A stretch of DNA of 64,000 nt from Bdellovibrionales bacterium (GCA_041690295.1 JAWLHR010000006.1:1-64000); one strand, 5' to 3'. Shown: positions 1 to 10,525, counted from the first letter of the stretch. A program made the numbers and translations. Notes: a model not told the origin generated them from the letters alone.

Positions 1-1
1 C

Positions 2-3000
2 GGAACATCAGGTGCTGTCACAATTGATCTGGACAATACAGGTGTGACCGCGCAGTCGTACGGCTCCGCCACGGCTGTCGCTAAATTCACGGTCGACGCC
101 CAAGGTCGTTTAACCGCGGCCAGTGAAGAAACGATTGCGATTCCGACGACAGCGCTTACTCAAACCGGTGCGACTAATCAACAAGTGCTCAAGTGGAATG
201 GCAGTGCTTGGTTACCCGCGAATGATGCGTCTCTCGACCTTGTGGCTGGCACGGGAATCATCATTGACGGCGCGGGAAGCGAGAAGACAATTTCCGTTGA
301 TGTCGGTATCACCGCGAATAAGATTCCTCAACTTGGCGCTAACGGAACCCTCGCTTTGGGAACATCAAGTGTGACTCCCGGTGCCTTGCTTGACCTTTGG
401 GGCACCACATCGGACACCAGTTCACTTCTCGTTCCCCGCGCGGATACCTCAAGCCGCCCAACCAATGCGGTTGACGGTATGATCCGTTACAACACGTCTT
501 TGGCGAAGTTTGAAGTTTACGAAGACGGCCAATGGACGAACATGGTGGGTAGCGGTGCGGACAATCTGGGTAACCACACGGCCACGGCGAACATCAGACT
601 CAACGGCAATTACCTTAGTAATGATGGCGGCAATGAAGGTCTCCGAATTGATAACGACGGCCGGGTGTATTTACCTGGAGATATAGATGCTTCACTAGGC
701 ACCGGCGGGAATCTGGTCATTGGTGATGTCTCCGGATTGAACTTGACGATCGACGACAACGAAATTTTAGCGCGCAACAACGGCGCGAATAGTGATCTCT
801 ATATTCAAAATACGGGCGGGACCACGTACTTCAAAGGTTCGACAAGAGTTAACATGGAGGATGGCGCGGCCGCCGGCACTCACAGCTTGTTGGGCGCGTA
901 TCGTGACGGCGGAAATTCTTCTGGCGTGGCCTTGGGATACATGGCCAATGGAACAACCGATACCGCGGGCCTGATCCGCGCGATGGGTGACAATCCGGAT
1001 TTGGTGATTGCCAATTCAGATGGCATTGAACGGGTCAGAATCACCGATGCAGGAACCATGTCGATCGGCACCGCCACACCGAACTCCGGAGTGATACTAG
1101 ATGTCTTTGCCACCGGCTCTCGTAGCGCCATGCTCGTTCCCCGCGACACGCAAGCCAACCGCCCGACCGGCGTGAACGGAATGATCCGTTACAATACGGA
1201 TTCGAATAAATTCGAAGTCTATCAAAACAACGCCTGGGTTGATATGGTCAGTTCGGGCGCCGGCGACTTCTTTAAAGACGGTTCGGTGGCCATGACTGGA
1301 ACATTCAAAGCCGCCGATGGAACCGCGAACGCCCCGAGCATCACGTTCAACAGCGATCAAGACAATGGAATTTACTTATCAGGCACCAACCAGATTAGCC
1401 TTGTCACCCAAGGTACTGATCGATTGACCATTGACGCCAACGGCAGCGTCGGTATTGGAACCAGTCCCGACGCCAGTCGCGCGTTAGTTATTGGTGGCGC
1501 TGTTGAAATAGATGTGACCGATACAACCCCCATGTATGTCCTCAACAAAAAGAACTCAAACTCTTTGGAGCAACTGGTTCGCTTCCGCAGAACCCGCCCG
1601 GATTCCACGGCCCCAGGAGCCGGTATGGGTGGAATTCTGGGATTTGAGCTCGAAGGGAACAGTAACGGCACAGTTGTCCGTGCGGCCTCAATGAATTTCG
1701 GTTGGGAGCAAAACCAAACAAACGGCACCACCGACCGCGATGCTTTTATTAGCTTCACTACGTTGAAGGACAATGTGAATGAAAGCGATTACGGTGAAGA
1801 ACGAATGCGAATCACCAGTTCGGGGGCCGTGGCGATTGGCACCACTGTCCCTACCGCCGGAACCATACTTGATCTTGCAGGAACCGGAAGTTTAAGTTCA
1901 TTGATCGTTCCCCGCGACACGCAAGCCAACCGCCCGACTGGCGTGAACGGTATGATCCGTTACAATACGGATTCGAATAAATTCGAAGTCTATCAAAACA
2001 ACGCCTGGGTTGACATGGTCAGCAGTGGCGCAGCGGACAATCTTGGTGATCACATTGCGACCACTAATATTCAGTTGAACGGCAACTGGCTGAGCAACGA
2101 TGGCGGCAACGAAGGTATTCGTATCGACAACTCGGGTAATGTGGCGATAGGTACCTCATCATTCGACGGTGCTCTGAGGATCTACAGGTCCGGCGCCACG
2201 ATGAACCTTTTGAGTCAGGATTCAGGTACCGGGGGCAGCCAGTACTCGATGTACAGTGCGGGTGGTTGGAACTCAATCCAAATGAAGCTGGCCAGCAGTA
2301 GTGGTACCGGAGTTTCAAGTGGAGCTGAGCTTGGCTCGCTCGAATATGCAGGTAAAGATTCAGGGTCAGTTGACAGGGTTGCAGCGCATATTACGGGTGA
2401 AGTCGATGCAGCGCCGACGGCTAACAGTGTGCCTGGTCGATTAATTTTCGCTACAGCGCCTTCTGGCACATCCACGCCTCAAGAGCGGATGAGAATCACC
2501 AGTGACGGCAAAGTCGGCGTCAATGTCGCCGCGCCTTTTGATCCGTTGCACGTCAAACAATCCACCGCCAATTTCAATGGCGTCTTCTATCCTCTGACGA
2601 TTCAAAGCAGTTCGACAGCGGATGGAAGTCAAGCCCGCATTAGGTTTGCTACATTCTCTTCTGCAACAGAAGGAACTTCAGCTTTCATCGGCGCCGAAAG
2701 AAAAGTCGGTGGTAACGGAAGCGCGCACTTGGTGTTCGGTACAGGTAAAGACGGAGCGGGCACCGGTCCGACCGAAGAACAAGAGCGCATGCGCATCACC
2801 CAAGACGGCCGGGTGGGTATTGGTACCAATAACCCCAACACCGGCGCCATTCTGGACATTAATGGCAAGGGAACCGTGAGCGCCATGATCGTTCCTCGCG
2901 ACTCGACGACCAATCGTCCGACGGGCACAAACGGTATGATCCGTTACAACACGACCACTAATAAATTCGAAGTGTACGAGAACAACATTTGGAAGGACAT

Positions 3001-4450
3001 GGGAGGTGGCGGTGCGGATAACCTCGGTAATCACACGGCAACGACCAATATTCGGTTGAATGGAAACTGGCTGAGTAATGACGGGGGCAGTGAAGGTATA
3101 CGAATTAATAATTCCGGACATGTTGGTATTGCCACCGCACCAGAATCTCCGTTTCAAGTGGCCATTGCGGGAAATACCGATCCCGATCCGTACCATGATG
3201 AAGTCGGTCAACTGCAAATCCGTGGTTCATCAGACTCCAACAAACGTTTGACCTTAGGTGTGAACACGACGGCCAGTCCTCCTTACGGTTGGATCGAGTC
3301 CTCGGAGAATTTTACGTCGACTCGGGCGCTGGCATTGAATCCGGATGGTGGTCCAGTGGGTATCGGAACGACCAGTCCGGCGACGGGAGCGATATTAGAT
3401 ATCAAAGCGAACGGCACAAGAAGCGCTCTTGTGGTGCCTCGAGGATCAACCGGCAACCGTCCGACAGGCACGAACGGTATGATCCGTTACAACACGACCA
3501 GCAACAAGTTCGAGGCTTTTGAGGCAGGTTCCTGGACCGACATGATCGGAGGCGGTGGTAGTTCGCAGTGGACCAACGGAACGAGTGGTAGAATCTATTA
3601 CAATGGTGGTAATGTCGGAATCGGCACTTCTACACCCTCGGGAAAACTCCACATCTACGAAACGGCCTCTGGCGGATGGGGACTTATCAAGCTGCAGGCG
3701 ACCGCCAGCAATGGCTATTCTGAAATGGTGTTTCTTGACACTGGTGGTAGTTCCCAGGGCTCTATCGGATACGGCCAATCGGGTGCGGGAACTCTGGTGA
3801 ACGGTAAAATCTATGTAGATGGTGGCTGGAGCTCGGATATTGTATTCACAACTCAAGATACCGCTCGCATGACGATTGTGAATAGCAACGGCAACGTCGG
3901 TATTGGCACATCAAATCCCACTCATATTCTCCATATTACTGGGACGGGTCGAGCCACTACCTCAATGTGGGCCACAACCTCTGATATTCGGTTGAAAGAC
4001 GTGCGTGGCGGATACGAATATGGCTTAAAGGAAATTCTCGCGCTCCCGGTCTTGCGCTTCAATTATAAAGAAGGCAATCCATATGATCTCCCGAGCGACA
4101 AGGAGTTTATCAGCACAAGCGCGCAAGAGGCTCAAAAATTAATTCCCGACTCGGTGTCTGAAGATGAACTTGGCTACCTTACGCTGAACACCGACCCGAT
4201 CTTCTGGGCTATGGTGAAAGGGATGCAGGAACTTAATGGCAGGTGCGAGGCTTCAAGCTCACAACTGGCCGATTTGGAATCGCGCCTCAATCGCCATGAT
4301 CGGCAGCTCGCCAATTTGGCGGCGGAAAATAAATCAAAGAATCAGGAAATATCAAAGCTGAAGGAGAAGAACGCCAAACTTGAAAAGGATCTGTTGGCCA
4401 TCAAAGCCTACCTTTGCCAAAAGGATCCTCAAGCCGCGCTCTGCCGCTAA
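2..4450 (+). CDS. Phage-tail-fibre-like trimeric adhesin (Bdellovibrio MAT-type fibre) with C-terminal Peptidase S74 intramolecular chaperone; 5' end lies upstream of the window
   Basis: Frame is open from base 2 (GTSGAVTIDLDNTG...). Many VGIGT..P beta repeats and five PR..RP..GMIRYNT..KFE linkers. C-terminal TSDIRLKD...GLKEILAL...FNYK...AQEAQKLIPDSV followed by a coiled coil matches the S74 chaperone pattern. Confidence 0.85.
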   Translation, partial: GTSGAVTIDLDNTGVTAQSYGSATAVAKFTVDAQGRLTAASEETIAIPTTALTQTGATNQQVLKWNGSAWLPANDASLDLVAGTGIIIDGAGSEKTISVDVGITANKIPQLGANGTLALGTSSVTPGALLDLWGTTSDTSSLLVPRADTSSRPTNAVDGMIRYNTSLAKFEVYEDGQWTNMVGSGADNLGNHTATANIRLNGNYLSNDGGNEGLRIDNDGRVYLPGDIDASLGTGGNLVIGDVSGLNLTIDDNEILARNNGANSDLYIQNTGGTTYFKGSTRVNMEDGAAAGTHSLLGAYRDGGNSSGVALGYMANGTTDTAGLIRAMGDNPDLVIANSDGIERVRITDAGTMSIGTATPNSGVILDVFATGSRSAMLVPRDTQANRPTGVNGMIRYNTDSNKFEVYQNNAWVDMVSSGAGDFFKDGSVAMTGTFKAADGTANAPSITFNSDQDNGIYLSGTNQISLVTQGTDRLTIDANGSVGIGTSPDASRALVIGGAVEIDVTDTTPMYVLNKKNSNSLEQLVRFRRTRPDSTAPGAGMGGILGFELEGNSNGTVVRAASMNFGWEQNQTNGTTDRDAFISFTTLKDNVNESDYGEERMRITSSGAVAIGTTVPTAGTILDLAGTGSLSSLIVPRDTQANRPTGVNGMIRYNTDSNKFEVYQNNAWVDMVSSGAADNLGDHIATTNIQLNGNWLSNDGGNEGIRIDNSGNVAIGTSSFDGALRIYRSGATMNLLSQDSGTGGSQYSMYSAGGWNSIQMKLASSSGTGVSSGAELGSLEYAGKDSGSVDRVAAHITGEVDAAPTANSVPGRLIFATAPSGTSTPQERMRITSDGKVGVNVAAPFDPLHVKQSTANFNGVFYPLTIQSSSTADGSQARIRFATFSSATEGTSAFIGAERKVGGNGSAHLVFGTGKDGAGTGPTEEQERMRITQDGRVGIGTNNPNTGAILDINGKGTVSAMIVPRDSTTNRPTGTNGMIRYNTTTNKFEVYENNIWKDMGGGGADNLGNHTATTNIRLNGNWLSNDGGSEGIRINNSGHVGIATAPESPFQVAIAGNTDPDPYHDEVGQLQIRGSSDSNKRLTLGVNTTASPPYGWIESSENFTSTRALALNPDGGPVGIGTTSPATGAILDIKANGTRSALVVPRGSTGNRPTGTNGMIRYNTTSNKFEAFEAGSWTDMIGGGGSSQWTNGTSGRIYYNGGNVGIGTSTPSGKLHIYETASGGWGLIKLQATASNGYSEMVFLDTGGSSQGSIGYGQSGAGTLVNGKIYVDGGWSSDIVFTTQDTARMTIVNSNGNVGIGTSNPTHILHITGTGRATTSMWATTSDIRLKDVRGGYEYGLKEILALPVLRFNYKEGNPYDLPSDKEFISTSAQEAQKLIPDSVSEDELGYLTLNTDPIFWAMVKGMQELNGRCEASSSQLADLESRLNRHDRQLANLAAENKSKNQEISKLKEKNAKLEKDLLAIKAYLCQKDPQAALCR
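1134..2022 (+). repeat. 118-bp direct repeat (1134-1251 and 1905-2022) encoding the fibre linker module
   Basis: The two copies differ at only 3 synonymous positions. A more diverged third copy lies inverted at about 32612-32728. Confidence 0.9.
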
Positions 4451-4503
4451 CGGGCATCAGGCCAAGGATTGACATCGCTCGGATCTTTGTTCACCGTTGA
4501 AAA

Positions 4504-5028
4504 ATGCGAAAAGTTTTTTTCATTTCGATATTCATCTTTTGCTTTTCCGCCCATGCTTACTCGCCCGGCCGGTTTTACTTTGATCCGCACCTGGCGGTCG
4601 GCACCAATCTCGCGCAAGGCACCCATTTTATCGCAGGCGTGGATCTTGGTTATGCGATTGATGAACGATGGGCGGCCGGAGTCGGGGTTTATTACTCGGC
4701 CGGTGAGCAACCCAAACATGATCGTGAGATGGGGGCGGGTCCGTTTGTTTCTTACTTTTATCCTTTCACCAGTTTCTTTATCGCCCAGTTCCGTCAGGAA
4801 TTAAACTACGTGGATCTTAATGATCCCATAAAAACCATCACTCCCAATGGAACGGTATACTCGCACGAGAATTATACCGGAATGGCTTCGCACACCACGG
4901 CGGGCGTGCATCTTTTGTTTATGAACTTTGGTGTTTCGGTCGGCTACCGTCTGGTACTCGGTTTGACCAATAGTCATTTGGACGACGGCCGCTCAGGCCC
5001 CTACCTTGGCTTTTCAATCGGTATTTAA
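4504..5028 (+). CDS. Secreted protein, probable small outer-membrane beta-barrel
   Basis: Signal peptide (..SAHA), alternating aromatic/Gly strands, C-terminal YLGFSIGI. Confidence 0.6.
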   Translation: MRKVFFISIFIFCFSAHAYSPGRFYFDPHLAVGTNLAQGTHFIAGVDLGYAIDERWAAGVGVYYSAGEQPKHDREMGAGPFVSYFYPFTSFFIAQFRQELNYVDLNDPIKTITPNGTVYSHENYTGMASHTTAGVHLLFMNFGVSVGYRLVLGLTNSHLDDGRSGPYLGFSIGI

Positions 5029-5145
5029 TCCCTTCAAATCGAAGCTAACGGGCGATGACGGGAATGGGTTCGTCATTTCTTGACAAACGGCGGCCCGGGT
5101 CGGATGCATGAGGAATCAATCAAACCAATTTGAGAGGATATTTCC

Positions 5146-5526
5146 GTGAAATCAGTGACTGAATTTTGGAGTGTCAATTTAAACAAGGGCTTGAAAATGA
5201 AAGCCGATCTTTTGGCCAGCGGTAAAACCGCCGAAGAAATTCCCGCTCTCATCGGTGAATCTCTCAAAATGGAAGGCGATAAGCTCAAATATTTTCTGAA
5301 CGCGATGGAAGTCGCCACTCAAAATCCGGAGAAGCTCGCCCGCGTTTTGGTGGTGAGCTTGAACGAGGGTGAGTCCGCTCCCCCCAAAGCCACCCAGATT
5401 GAAGAAATGCACTATATTCCCGAATTTCAGATGGAAGCCAGAAAGGTTGTCACTGAAAAGGTTCCGCGCGGTGGCGGTGGAAAAGGCAAAGGCGGCAAGG
5501 GCGGAGGCAAAGGCCCGCGCCCTTAA
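5146..5526 (+). CDS. Hypothetical protein with G/K-rich tail
   Basis: RBS GAGAGGA before GTG; coherent 126-aa ORF. Confidence 0.65.
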   Translation: MKSVTEFWSVNLNKGLKMKADLLASGKTAEEIPALIGESLKMEGDKLKYFLNAMEVATQNPEKLARVLVVSLNEGESAPPKATQIEEMHYIPEFQMEARKVVTEKVPRGGGGKGKGGKGGGKGPRP

Positions 5527-5536
5527 GTCATCCTAA

Positions 5537-6502
5537 TTAACTGCGATTGAACGGATCCCAAGAGGGAGTTGGCTGAGAGCGGCGCTTCTGCTGGCTCGGC
5601 TGTGAGCCGCCGCCGCTGAACAACTGACCCAACCCTCGGAAGAAATCGGAAATAAAGTCGTCACCAAGCACGCCTTCAGATCCTGTCTGCTTTCTGAGTT
5701 CACCTCTTTGCCAGGCGAGTTGAATGGCTCGCAATTGTTCGGGATCACACTTGGCTTCCTTGGCTTCACCGTGGATGGTGACTTCAATAGCGCCGTGTTG
5801 ATCCATTAAATCATATAATTTTTTGCAAACCTGATTGCTGAGTCGGATACAGCCGCCAGAGGTCGCGCGACCCAAAGTGCTTTCGTAACCGGCCGGGACG
5901 CAGTGGAGGAATTCGCCATTGCCGCCGACCTTGATCGCGTTACGGAGCGGGATCGGGTTGTTTCTTTCATCGGTATAAGTTCGGGACTCCCACTTTTTAA
6001 ACATGGTGGCTTCGCGGCGCCCATGTTCAATGCGAGCGGCTTTGTACTTCGGGCTCGACATCAACTGACGGATTTGCCGGTCATCGAGGCCCCGTGTGCG
6101 CTGCTCCTCTATGAACTTGCGGTCGTACGCCGCCAACACATCTTCTTCCTTGATTTTTGGGATATAGAGTCGGTCGCGATTCGTGGTGGAAGCGCATTTC
6201 GGCGGTGCATTGGCGCGAATCTTTATCGTGCCGCCGGTGGAAACCTTAGTGCAAAACCGCCCATCAGGGTGGGTGATGCAGGCTTCCTGCTTGGCTTGGT
6301 CCACGACCACTTTCACCGGCGCTTCTTTACGCTCCGGCGTAGGCGCCACCGTCGTGGACACAGGTTCAATCGCGAGTTCATCCGAAATATTAATGTCGTC
6401 GTAGAAGAATCCAGCTGATCCCAGATCACCCCCAACGGCCATTTCCGCGCCCGCTGTTCCGCACATCGTCGCCAGAATAATTAATGATAATAAGCGAGGC
6501 AT
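5537..6502 (-). CDS. Secreted L,D-transpeptidase-like (YkuD) protein
   Basis: Signal peptide and GGAGG RBS. LHCV...LGRATSGGCIRL resembles the YkuD H-x14-S-[H/G]-G-C-[IV]-R motif. Confidence 0.7.
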   Translation of the reverse strand: MPRLLSLIILATMCGTAGAEMAVGGDLGSAGFFYDDINISDELAIEPVSTTVAPTPERKEAPVKVVVDQAKQEACITHPDGRFCTKVSTGGTIKIRANAPPKCASTTNRDRLYIPKIKEEDVLAAYDRKFIEEQRTRGLDDRQIRQLMSSPKYKAARIEHGRREATMFKKWESRTYTDERNNPIPLRNAIKVGGNGEFLHCVPAGYESTLGRATSGGCIRLSNQVCKKLYDLMDQHGAIEVTIHGEAKEAKCDPEQLRAIQLAWQRGELRKQTGSEGVLGDDFISDFFRGLGQLFSGGGSQPSQQKRRSQPTPSWDPFNRS

Positions 6503-6686
6503 GCCCCCCTCCTTTGTTGTTTATGTCCATAGGCAATACCAATACCCATGCCAGGCTTAGGGCCATTCAAAGAGGGGGAACCTGCGCACTGTTTAGTAAG
6601 TTGTCAGCGTAAAATGTCACTTCTCGACAGGCGGGAAATTAGTTGTTAGATCCAATATTTAAGTATTCTTACGCGGGAGGGGAGTT

Positions 6687-7319
6687 GTGAGTGTCACCCA
6701 TCATCTTTTGACCGTTGCTGTCTCAATTGTATACACCGAGTTCATCGGCTACTGGCTGCATATCCTGCTTCACAGCGAGCGCGTACCGAGCCTATCCCGG
6801 GCCCATATGCTTCATCATTTGCGCGATTATGGCCCGAAAAAGCCGATGCATCGGGAAAAATACATTTCGTCGGCTGATGGTCGGACGAACTTTTTAGGCA
6901 TCGGCATGGAATGGTTTGTTCCCAGCATGGTCATAATCGTTTTTACCCTGACCCTGTTGAACATCTTAGGCGTGCCTCTGGTCTACCAATTCACTTTCAC
7001 GGCCACTGGCATTCTTTGGGGCTATTTTATGTTCGGGTATATGCACGATGCCATGCACCTGCGTGACTTCTGGATGCTAAAAGTACCGTTTCTGAAAAAA
7101 TGGTTCCTATCGGTGCGCAAGCTTCACGACTTTCATCACTTGCAGATTTCCGATGATGGACGGATGTTAAAAAACTACGGCATCTGTTTCTTTTGGTTTG
7201 ATCGGATTTTCGGCAGTTATTCGCCGAAACCAGCAATGTTTAATCATGCTGGCCACGAGCAAGCGTTGATCCGCTATGAACAAATTCTAAATGATACATG
7301 GGACAAAAAAAGCATTTAG
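6687..7319 (+). CDS. Sterol desaturase / fatty-acid hydroxylase family di-iron membrane enzyme
   Basis: His boxes HILLH, HMLHH, HDAMH, HDFHH; NYGI..WFDRIFGS; transmembrane segments. Confidence 0.85.
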   Translation: MSVTHHLLTVAVSIVYTEFIGYWLHILLHSERVPSLSRAHMLHHLRDYGPKKPMHREKYISSADGRTNFLGIGMEWFVPSMVIIVFTLTLLNILGVPLVYQFTFTATGILWGYFMFGYMHDAMHLRDFWMLKVPFLKKWFLSVRKLHDFHHLQISDDGRMLKNYGICFFWFDRIFGSYSPKPAMFNHAGHEQALIRYEQILNDTWDKKSI

Positions 7320-7403
7320 TTCCAATTCGGGTTGGCGCAGTAGATTTTTTATAAATAAACAAGATTTGCGGCATTTTTAAAAAAAATTGATAATCTCGCG
7401 CAC

Positions 7404-8978
7404 ATGCAAGAGGAAACCAATGACCTTTTGGCGCGTGTTCATTTTCTCGAAAAGATCGCCGACGAGTACCCCGCGCATATTTACATCTATGATCGCCGGT
7501 TGTCGTCTTATGTCTTTCTCAATCGGCCGCTTTTGGAATTCCATGGAGTGGCCCGCGAGCAGGTCGCCGCCAATCCCGATATTCTTGCGGAACGAATTCA
7601 CCCGGACGATCTTGAGATGCTGCGTGATCGTATTTGGGAAGAAGAAGAGGATATAGAGTTCCGTCAGCGTGACCAAAACGGTGAATGGCGATGGTTCTCC
7701 GGCCGAGATCGTGTTTTCACCCGATGCCCGGAAACAGGCGAGCCGGTGGCCATGATCGGAAGCGTGGTTGATATCACGGCGATCAAGGCGAATCAGCAAG
7801 AGCTGATCGAAGCCAGAAAAATCGCGGAAGAGTCTTTAAGGGCGAAATCCGAGTTCCTGGCCAATATGTCCCACGAGATTCGCACTCCGCTGAGCGCGAT
7901 TCTGGGCTTCGCCAGTCTGTTGCGCGAGGAAACAGGTCTCTCCAGCCAAAGCGCGCATTTCATCCAGAGAATCACTTCAAACGGTGAGCAGCTCTTGCGT
8001 TTGATCGATGACATCCTGAACCTGGCGAAGTTCGAAGCGGGGAAAATCGCGGTTCAGTTGAAACGGTTTTCACTGGAAGACTTGATCGAAGAAGTGATCG
8101 AGGGCTGTACGCCGGCCGCGTCCCAAAAAAATCTTGAGTTCGATTACACGCGCAACGTGCCGTGGGCGCGTTCCTTTTTCTCCGATCCTTTTCGGGTTCG
8201 CCAGATCCTTACAAATTTGATTCATAACGCGATCAAATTTTCCGAATCCGGCCGCATCGAAGTGCTGCTTGAACGCGTCGGCACGGAGGCCGCCATTCGG
8301 GTCAAGGACATGGGAATGGGGATTTCCGAAAAGCACGTGAAAAACCTTTTTCAACCGTTCGGTCAGGCCAATGTTGGAATTGGACGAGTTTATGGTGGAA
8401 CGGGCTTGGGCTTGGTGCTCTCGCGGCGGCTTTCCGAAGCCTTGGGCGGGCGGCTTGAGCTGACGTCCACGGAAATTGGGAAAGGATCGGTGTTTACCGT
8501 TTATCTTCCCTTGCCTGAAATTGAAGCCGTACCTGGCGGTTGGGAGGCGGTGAGGTCGTCCATCCACGATTCCGAAAAGTGTTTAACTGGTTATCGTGTG
8601 CTTTTGGCCGAAGATTCTCCGGATAATGAGTTTCTTATACGGCGGTTTCTTGAACTCGCCGGCGCTGAAGTCGTCAGCGTGGCCGATGGTCAGGCGGCGA
8701 TCGACGCGGCATCGGCCAATCACCGGTTCGACGCCATTGTTCTTGATATCAGGATGCCAAAAAAGGATGGATTTGAAGTCTTGCAGGAAATCCGCGCGAA
8801 CGGCATTCAAACTCCTGTTGTCGCCGCCACCGCCCAAGCCCAGGATGCGGATGTGCGGCAAATCCTAAAATCGGGATTCGACGCCCTCGCGCGAAAACCG
8901 ATCCGCCGGGCGGAATTCATCGAGATCCTCGTGCGCCTAACGGCCAAGTCCCACATTTCATCTTCACTAAGTCGATGA
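7404..8978 (+). CDS. PAS-domain hybrid sensor histidine kinase/response regulator
   Basis: PAS_3 (RIHPDD), H-box FLANMSHEIRTPL, N/G boxes (NAIKF, GGTGLGL), receiver (LAEDS, LDIRMP, RKP). Confidence 0.92.
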   Translation: MQEETNDLLARVHFLEKIADEYPAHIYIYDRRLSSYVFLNRPLLEFHGVAREQVAANPDILAERIHPDDLEMLRDRIWEEEEDIEFRQRDQNGEWRWFSGRDRVFTRCPETGEPVAMIGSVVDITAIKANQQELIEARKIAEESLRAKSEFLANMSHEIRTPLSAILGFASLLREETGLSSQSAHFIQRITSNGEQLLRLIDDILNLAKFEAGKIAVQLKRFSLEDLIEEVIEGCTPAASQKNLEFDYTRNVPWARSFFSDPFRVRQILTNLIHNAIKFSESGRIEVLLERVGTEAAIRVKDMGMGISEKHVKNLFQPFGQANVGIGRVYGGTGLGLVLSRRLSEALGGRLELTSTEIGKGSVFTVYLPLPEIEAVPGGWEAVRSSIHDSEKCLTGYRVLLAEDSPDNEFLIRRFLELAGAEVVSVADGQAAIDAASANHRFDAIVLDIRMPKKDGFEVLQEIRANGIQTPVVAATAQAQDADVRQILKSGFDALARKPIRRAEFIEILVRLTAKSHISSSLSR

Positions 8979-9025
8979 CTTTTACCGGGTCTTGGGCGAT
9001 ACGGGATGAATTAAAGTGAATCCCG

Positions 9026-10120
9026 ATGAACAAATCGCCTGAGACTTTAAGCGTTGCTTATGATGTGTCCTCTTTGACCGGTCGGCAGTTTTCCGGGGCC
9101 GGGGTTTATACCATTGAACTTTACGGGGCTTTGAGAAATCTTGGTGAAGTTCAAGTCCAGCCGTTTTGGCGTTTGTCGCGCTGGAAGTATCGTAAAAATC
9201 TGAATTTTCATGTGAATGAGTCGCGTCCGTGGATCGGTGGATTTGGATTCGGCGCGCAGGTGGTCCATGGGCCGGATTTCCGGGTGATAGATACACGGCG
9301 GGCCGCTCGTGTCGTTTCGGTTTTGGATTTGGCCTTTGTTCGCGAGGGAATGACTTCGCCGGAGTTCGGTAAAAAGAAAAAACGGGATCTCGATCGCCAG
9401 CTTCTGAAAAATCCGCCCGACGCCATTATCGCCATCTCCGAGGCGACAAAGAGAGATTTGGTTTCCTGTTATCCGGAGTTTGAATCGCGAACCCATGTGG
9501 TTTATTTGGGCGGCGACCATCTGAAAGTGTCGGCTCCATCGTCTGTAATCTCAGGTTCGAATGCAGAACCTTATTTTCTTTTTGTCGGCAATCTCGAGGC
9601 GCGAAAGAATGTTTTTCGTATCATCGAGGCGTTTGAGAAATTCTCGGCCCACGCGCCAAAGGCGGTGCGCCTCCGATTGATCGGAAAGCCGGGATACCGA
9701 GGCGATGAAATATTACGCTCGGTCGAGCGAAGCCCGATGCGGGATCGAATTGATATTTTGGGTTTTTGTTCAAACGAGGAACTTCAAAGTTACTATCGAA
9801 ATGCGCTCGCGCTCGTTTACCCTTCGCTGATTGAGGGATTCGGAATTCCGGTTTTGGAAGCCATGTTGTTGGGTTGCCCGGTGATCACATCGGACTCCAC
9901 GGCGTGCGTGGAAATCGTTGGAGATAAGGCCTGGTTGGTGGGTCCGGAAGATGTGGACGCCATGGTGAAGGCGATGAATGAAGTTCTGTCCTTAAGTTCC
10001 GAACGAAGACAGGAATTGATCTCCCAAGCGTTCGCTCAGGCCTCGAAATTCACTTGGGAAAAGTGCGCCCGAGATACAGTCGAAGTGTATCGCCGCGCTT
10101 TAGAGCCTCATCGGGTTTGA
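9026..10120 (+). CDS. Glycosyltransferase family 4
   Basis: FVGNLEARKN, YPSLIEGFGIPVLEAM, FTWEKCA motifs. Confidence 0.9.
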   Translation: MNKSPETLSVAYDVSSLTGRQFSGAGVYTIELYGALRNLGEVQVQPFWRLSRWKYRKNLNFHVNESRPWIGGFGFGAQVVHGPDFRVIDTRRAARVVSVLDLAFVREGMTSPEFGKKKKRDLDRQLLKNPPDAIIAISEATKRDLVSCYPEFESRTHVVYLGGDHLKVSAPSSVISGSNAEPYFLFVGNLEARKNVFRIIEAFEKFSAHAPKAVRLRLIGKPGYRGDEILRSVERSPMRDRIDILGFCSNEELQSYYRNALALVYPSLIEGFGIPVLEAMLLGCPVITSDSTACVEIVGDKAWLVGPEDVDAMVKAMNEVLSLSSERRQELISQAFAQASKFTWEKCARDTVEVYRRALEPHRV

Positions 10121-10132
10121 TCTTCGATTCGC

Positions 10133-10160
10133 GCACTTCCGAATCGGAAGTCGCGGCGCG
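10133..10160 (+). repeat. REP/MITE-like palindromic element, copy 1
   Basis: GCACTTCCGAATCGGAAGTCGCGGCGCG; 26/28 identical to 11956-11983; ACTTCCG/CGGAAGT hairpin. Confidence 0.65.
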
Positions 10161-10192
10161 GTTTCTTGGGATTCGGTGTAAAGGCGTTACCA

Positions 10193-10525
10193 ATGAAAAT
10201 CTATTTAAGAATTATCTCAATTTGCTATTTGTTAGGCGCAGTTCTTCATGCACTGGATCTATTTGATCTGCGGCTTAAGTTTTCGGAAATGGATTTGGTT
10301 TGGCGGGCGTGGATTGTTTACCTGTTAGTGGCTGACTCGGCGGCAAGTGTCGGTCTTTGGCGGCAGAAAAGGTGGGGCGTTGCCCTGTTTCTCGTTGTGG
10401 CGGTATCACAAATCATTGCCTACACCGGCTTTACTGGCGTCTTCGGGAACCAGCTGTTTTTGGTGTTGTTCCATCTGACCACGCTTGGATTTTACGGCAT
10501 CCTTCGAGCGCGGACAAAAGAGTGA
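10193..10525 (+). CDS. Small four-TM membrane protein
   Basis: ATG at 10193; four hydrophobic segments. Confidence 0.6.
   Translation: MKIYLRIISICYLLGAVLHALDLFDLRLKFSEMDLVWRAWIVYLLVADSAASVGLWRQKRWGVALFLVVAVSQIIAYTGFTGVFGNQLFLVLFHLTTLGFYGILRARTKE

Noticed and set aside
1134..2022. Possible diversity-generating retroelement TR/VR pair in the fibre gene
   Set aside because: Differences are synonymous and not adenine-specific, both copies are coding, and there is no reverse transcriptase in the window.
1..4450. Prophage tail-fibre region
   Set aside because: No other phage genes nearby; the paralogue has a signal peptide and a host sigma28 promoter, so these look like host adhesins.
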